Shown: piece after piece, positions 61,859-64,000 of the stretch | Position numbering within the stretch: the first letter of the stretch is position 1 | Layout of the letters: each line of letters opens with the position of its first letter | Assembly: GCA_050084985.1 (NCBI GenBank) | Contig: JBITNC010000002.1 | Location: 35,960,001-36,024,000 of the forward strand | Length of the DNA: 64,000 bases | Source of the DNA: Nageia nagi | Lineage: Eukaryota > Plantae > Pinophyta | Reading direction: 5' to 3' | Notes under the pieces: model-generated | Databases searched by the model: none | The model's input: only the letters and a program-made list of their open reading frames with translations | Told to the model about the DNA's origin: nothing | Made by a program: the position numbers and the translations under genes

Positions 61859-64000
61859 TGTTGGGTTCAACCAATTCAGAATTAATAAAAAAGAATTACA
61901 AATAAGATAATAGACACAAGATATATTGTGGTTCGGCTAGGAGACCCTACATCCACCTGAAGCAATTAATTTGGTATTATTTCAACCACATAAGAAATTA
62001 TAATCCACAGCAAAATGCTGTACAATTCTCTTCAATACAATGCCTCCAATGTTCACATGAACATCCACACACCACAACTGTGTCTAAACCTTCAATGTTC
62101 TCAACCGAACATTCATACAAGATTGAAAATCCCAATCTCCTTTTGCAATACCAGCAAAGCTAATTCTCTCTCAGAGAATAATATATTTACAGGATTTAAT
62201 TTTAAAATGCTTTTTGCATGCTTTCCCTTGGATCTATTTTTAGTTACACTAAGTACTTCAGTAAAGGAGGAGTTACAAACTTAAAAATAAACTCAATTAC
62301 ATGCAACTCCGGTTAAACAACAGATTCCCAATCATCCCACCAAATCAGGATTCACAATCCTAACAACCTCCGACTCAGAGATTGATCCGCAACAATTCAA
62401 CCACTATTGCATCCGCTGAAAACAAATCTTCAACCAAGCAAGGAATGTCACCTCCTCCAGATTGTCCTTTCACCATGCTTTGAACCACCACACTGGATTA
62501 GTGTCAACCTTGTACCTTCTCCTATGATCAACAAGCAAAATGACAATCTACCTACCATAAATCAATGATAATAACAACATCCTTAGAATTACTATGTATC
62601 ATGGTGAACCAAACATCACCATCGTAGCAAGATCTACATACTATGGATGACCCATAACATGCACACACATAATATGGTTTTGCCACTAGCTTTGAAAGCA
62701 CACTCCCCGAGTGTGGTATTACCTACCAACTTAGAGACTTGGGGTTGCAATGATCCAAAGCTATAACCATATTATGTGTTCCATCCTAAGATCATACAAT
62801 AAATCTTGAGCCATGTCCATTTTCCTAGACATGTCTCCCAGCTCCTACTGCTTGCTCATCCTCTGTAGATGAAAGAATCAAGGCCTCTTCCTTGATTACA
62901 TTTGCATCCTTTTCCTCTACTTTTTGAGCCCAACAATCTTTCTTCAAGTGCCCCTTCTTGTGATAATACCAGCATTCCAAGTTTCCCTTGGACTTGGACC
63001 CACTTTGCTCTTCACAGTTCCCCGAACTCACTCCTCTTGTCTTTTGTTTTCCTTTGGTAATCAATGGTACAGCAGATGATGACTCTTCTATGCTCTTCCT
63101 TCGCATCTCATGACCAAGGACTGCACTCACCGCATCATCAAAAGAAAGAACACCAGAAATAGTACTAATAGCCATTACCAAGCTCTCCTAGCTCTCAAGT
63201 AATGAAATAAGAATAGAATACTAACAACCGTATTGAACTCATTTAAATGACTAGCCACAGATTCAACTTCTGGCATACACAAATTATAAAGTTGTTTCAC
63301 TAAGAATACCTTGTTTGATGTCCAAGCATTTTCATAAAGCTTTTTCAGTGCATACATAAGATCCTTTGCAGTATTTTCCTTAGAGACATTGAATGCCAAA
63401 GAAGATGTGAGACTCAACCGGATAACAGCCAATGCATTCCTATTAAGAAGACTCCACTCCTTATCCATCATAGAAGAAGGTTTCTTCGCTGCTTCTTCCA
63501 TAGATAGATAGAAATCTTTCATCAACAACAAGTCTTCAATCTCCATTTGCCAAAAATGGTAATTATTTCCATTGAATTTCTGCACTTCGAATTTTGATAT
63601 ATCTTTCATTGCTCCCACTCAAACTGAAAACTCTCCAATTTCTGAATACACCCAACAGTTAGCTCTGATACCAGTTGTTGGGGTTCAACCAATTCAGAAT
63701 TAAATACAGAGAATTACAAATAAGACAATAGACACAAGATATAATGTGGTTCGGCTAGGAGAGCCTACATCCACCTGAAGCAATTAATTTGGTATTATTT
63801 CAACCACATAAGGAATTACAATTCACAGCAAAATGCTGTACAATTCTCTTCAATACAATGCCTCCAATGTTCACATGAACATCCACACACCACAACCGTA
63901 TTTCAGCCTTCAATATTCTCAACCGAACATTCATACAAGATTGAAAACCCCAATCTCCCTTTGCAATACTAGCAAAGCTAATTCTCCCTTAAAGAATAAT
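61859..64000 (-). mobile_element. Short gag-only Copia-derived LTR element (TR-GAG-like) in the RDR6 intron; 5' LTR runs off the window
   Basis: LTRs at 61859-~62365 and 63676->64000. Perfect PBS TGGTATCAGAGCT at 63661-63673. gag KFEVQKFNGNNYHFWQMEIEDL (63175-63618) and knuckle CWYYHKKGHLKKDC (62825-63181). The internal region is only ~1.3 kb. Confidence 0.9.

Overview
AT-rich eukaryotic (seed-plant) nuclear DNA. The transposon families and heavy CpG/CHG decay suggest a large-genome gymnosperm, which is inference only. There is one intact gene: a 6-exon, 616-aa PH-like (TRF2/HOY1-type) protein homologous to Arabidopsis At2g24100/ASG1 (38053-44904, +). It has a CpG- and ACGT-rich promoter and a Tourist-like MITE in intron 4. 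There are two intron-retaining pseudogenes on the minus strand: an AVT6-like amino acid transporter fragment and the last exon of an RDR6-like RNA-dependent RNA polymerase. The first ~24 kb is a multi-layer nest of decayed retroelements: Copia-1, a Gypsy, a tandem-array TRIM, a full-length L1-type LINE, Copia-2 and a 4.5-kb non-coding LTR element. The rest holds a triplicated ~860-bp unit, two gag-only (TR-GAG-like) LTR elements, a decayed Gypsy gag-protease, a foldback element and microsatellites. The most unusual observations are: (1) the LINE carries an extra, separate ~420-codon reading frame between ORF2 and its 3' tail; (2) one non-coding LTR family occurs as both a tandem TRIM and a LARD; (3) a MITE carries a tRNA-like Pol III cassette; (4) perfect antisense B-boxes are duplicated next to the gene's start codon. 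All coordinates were read by eye, and family assignments rest on remembered motifs, not database searches.
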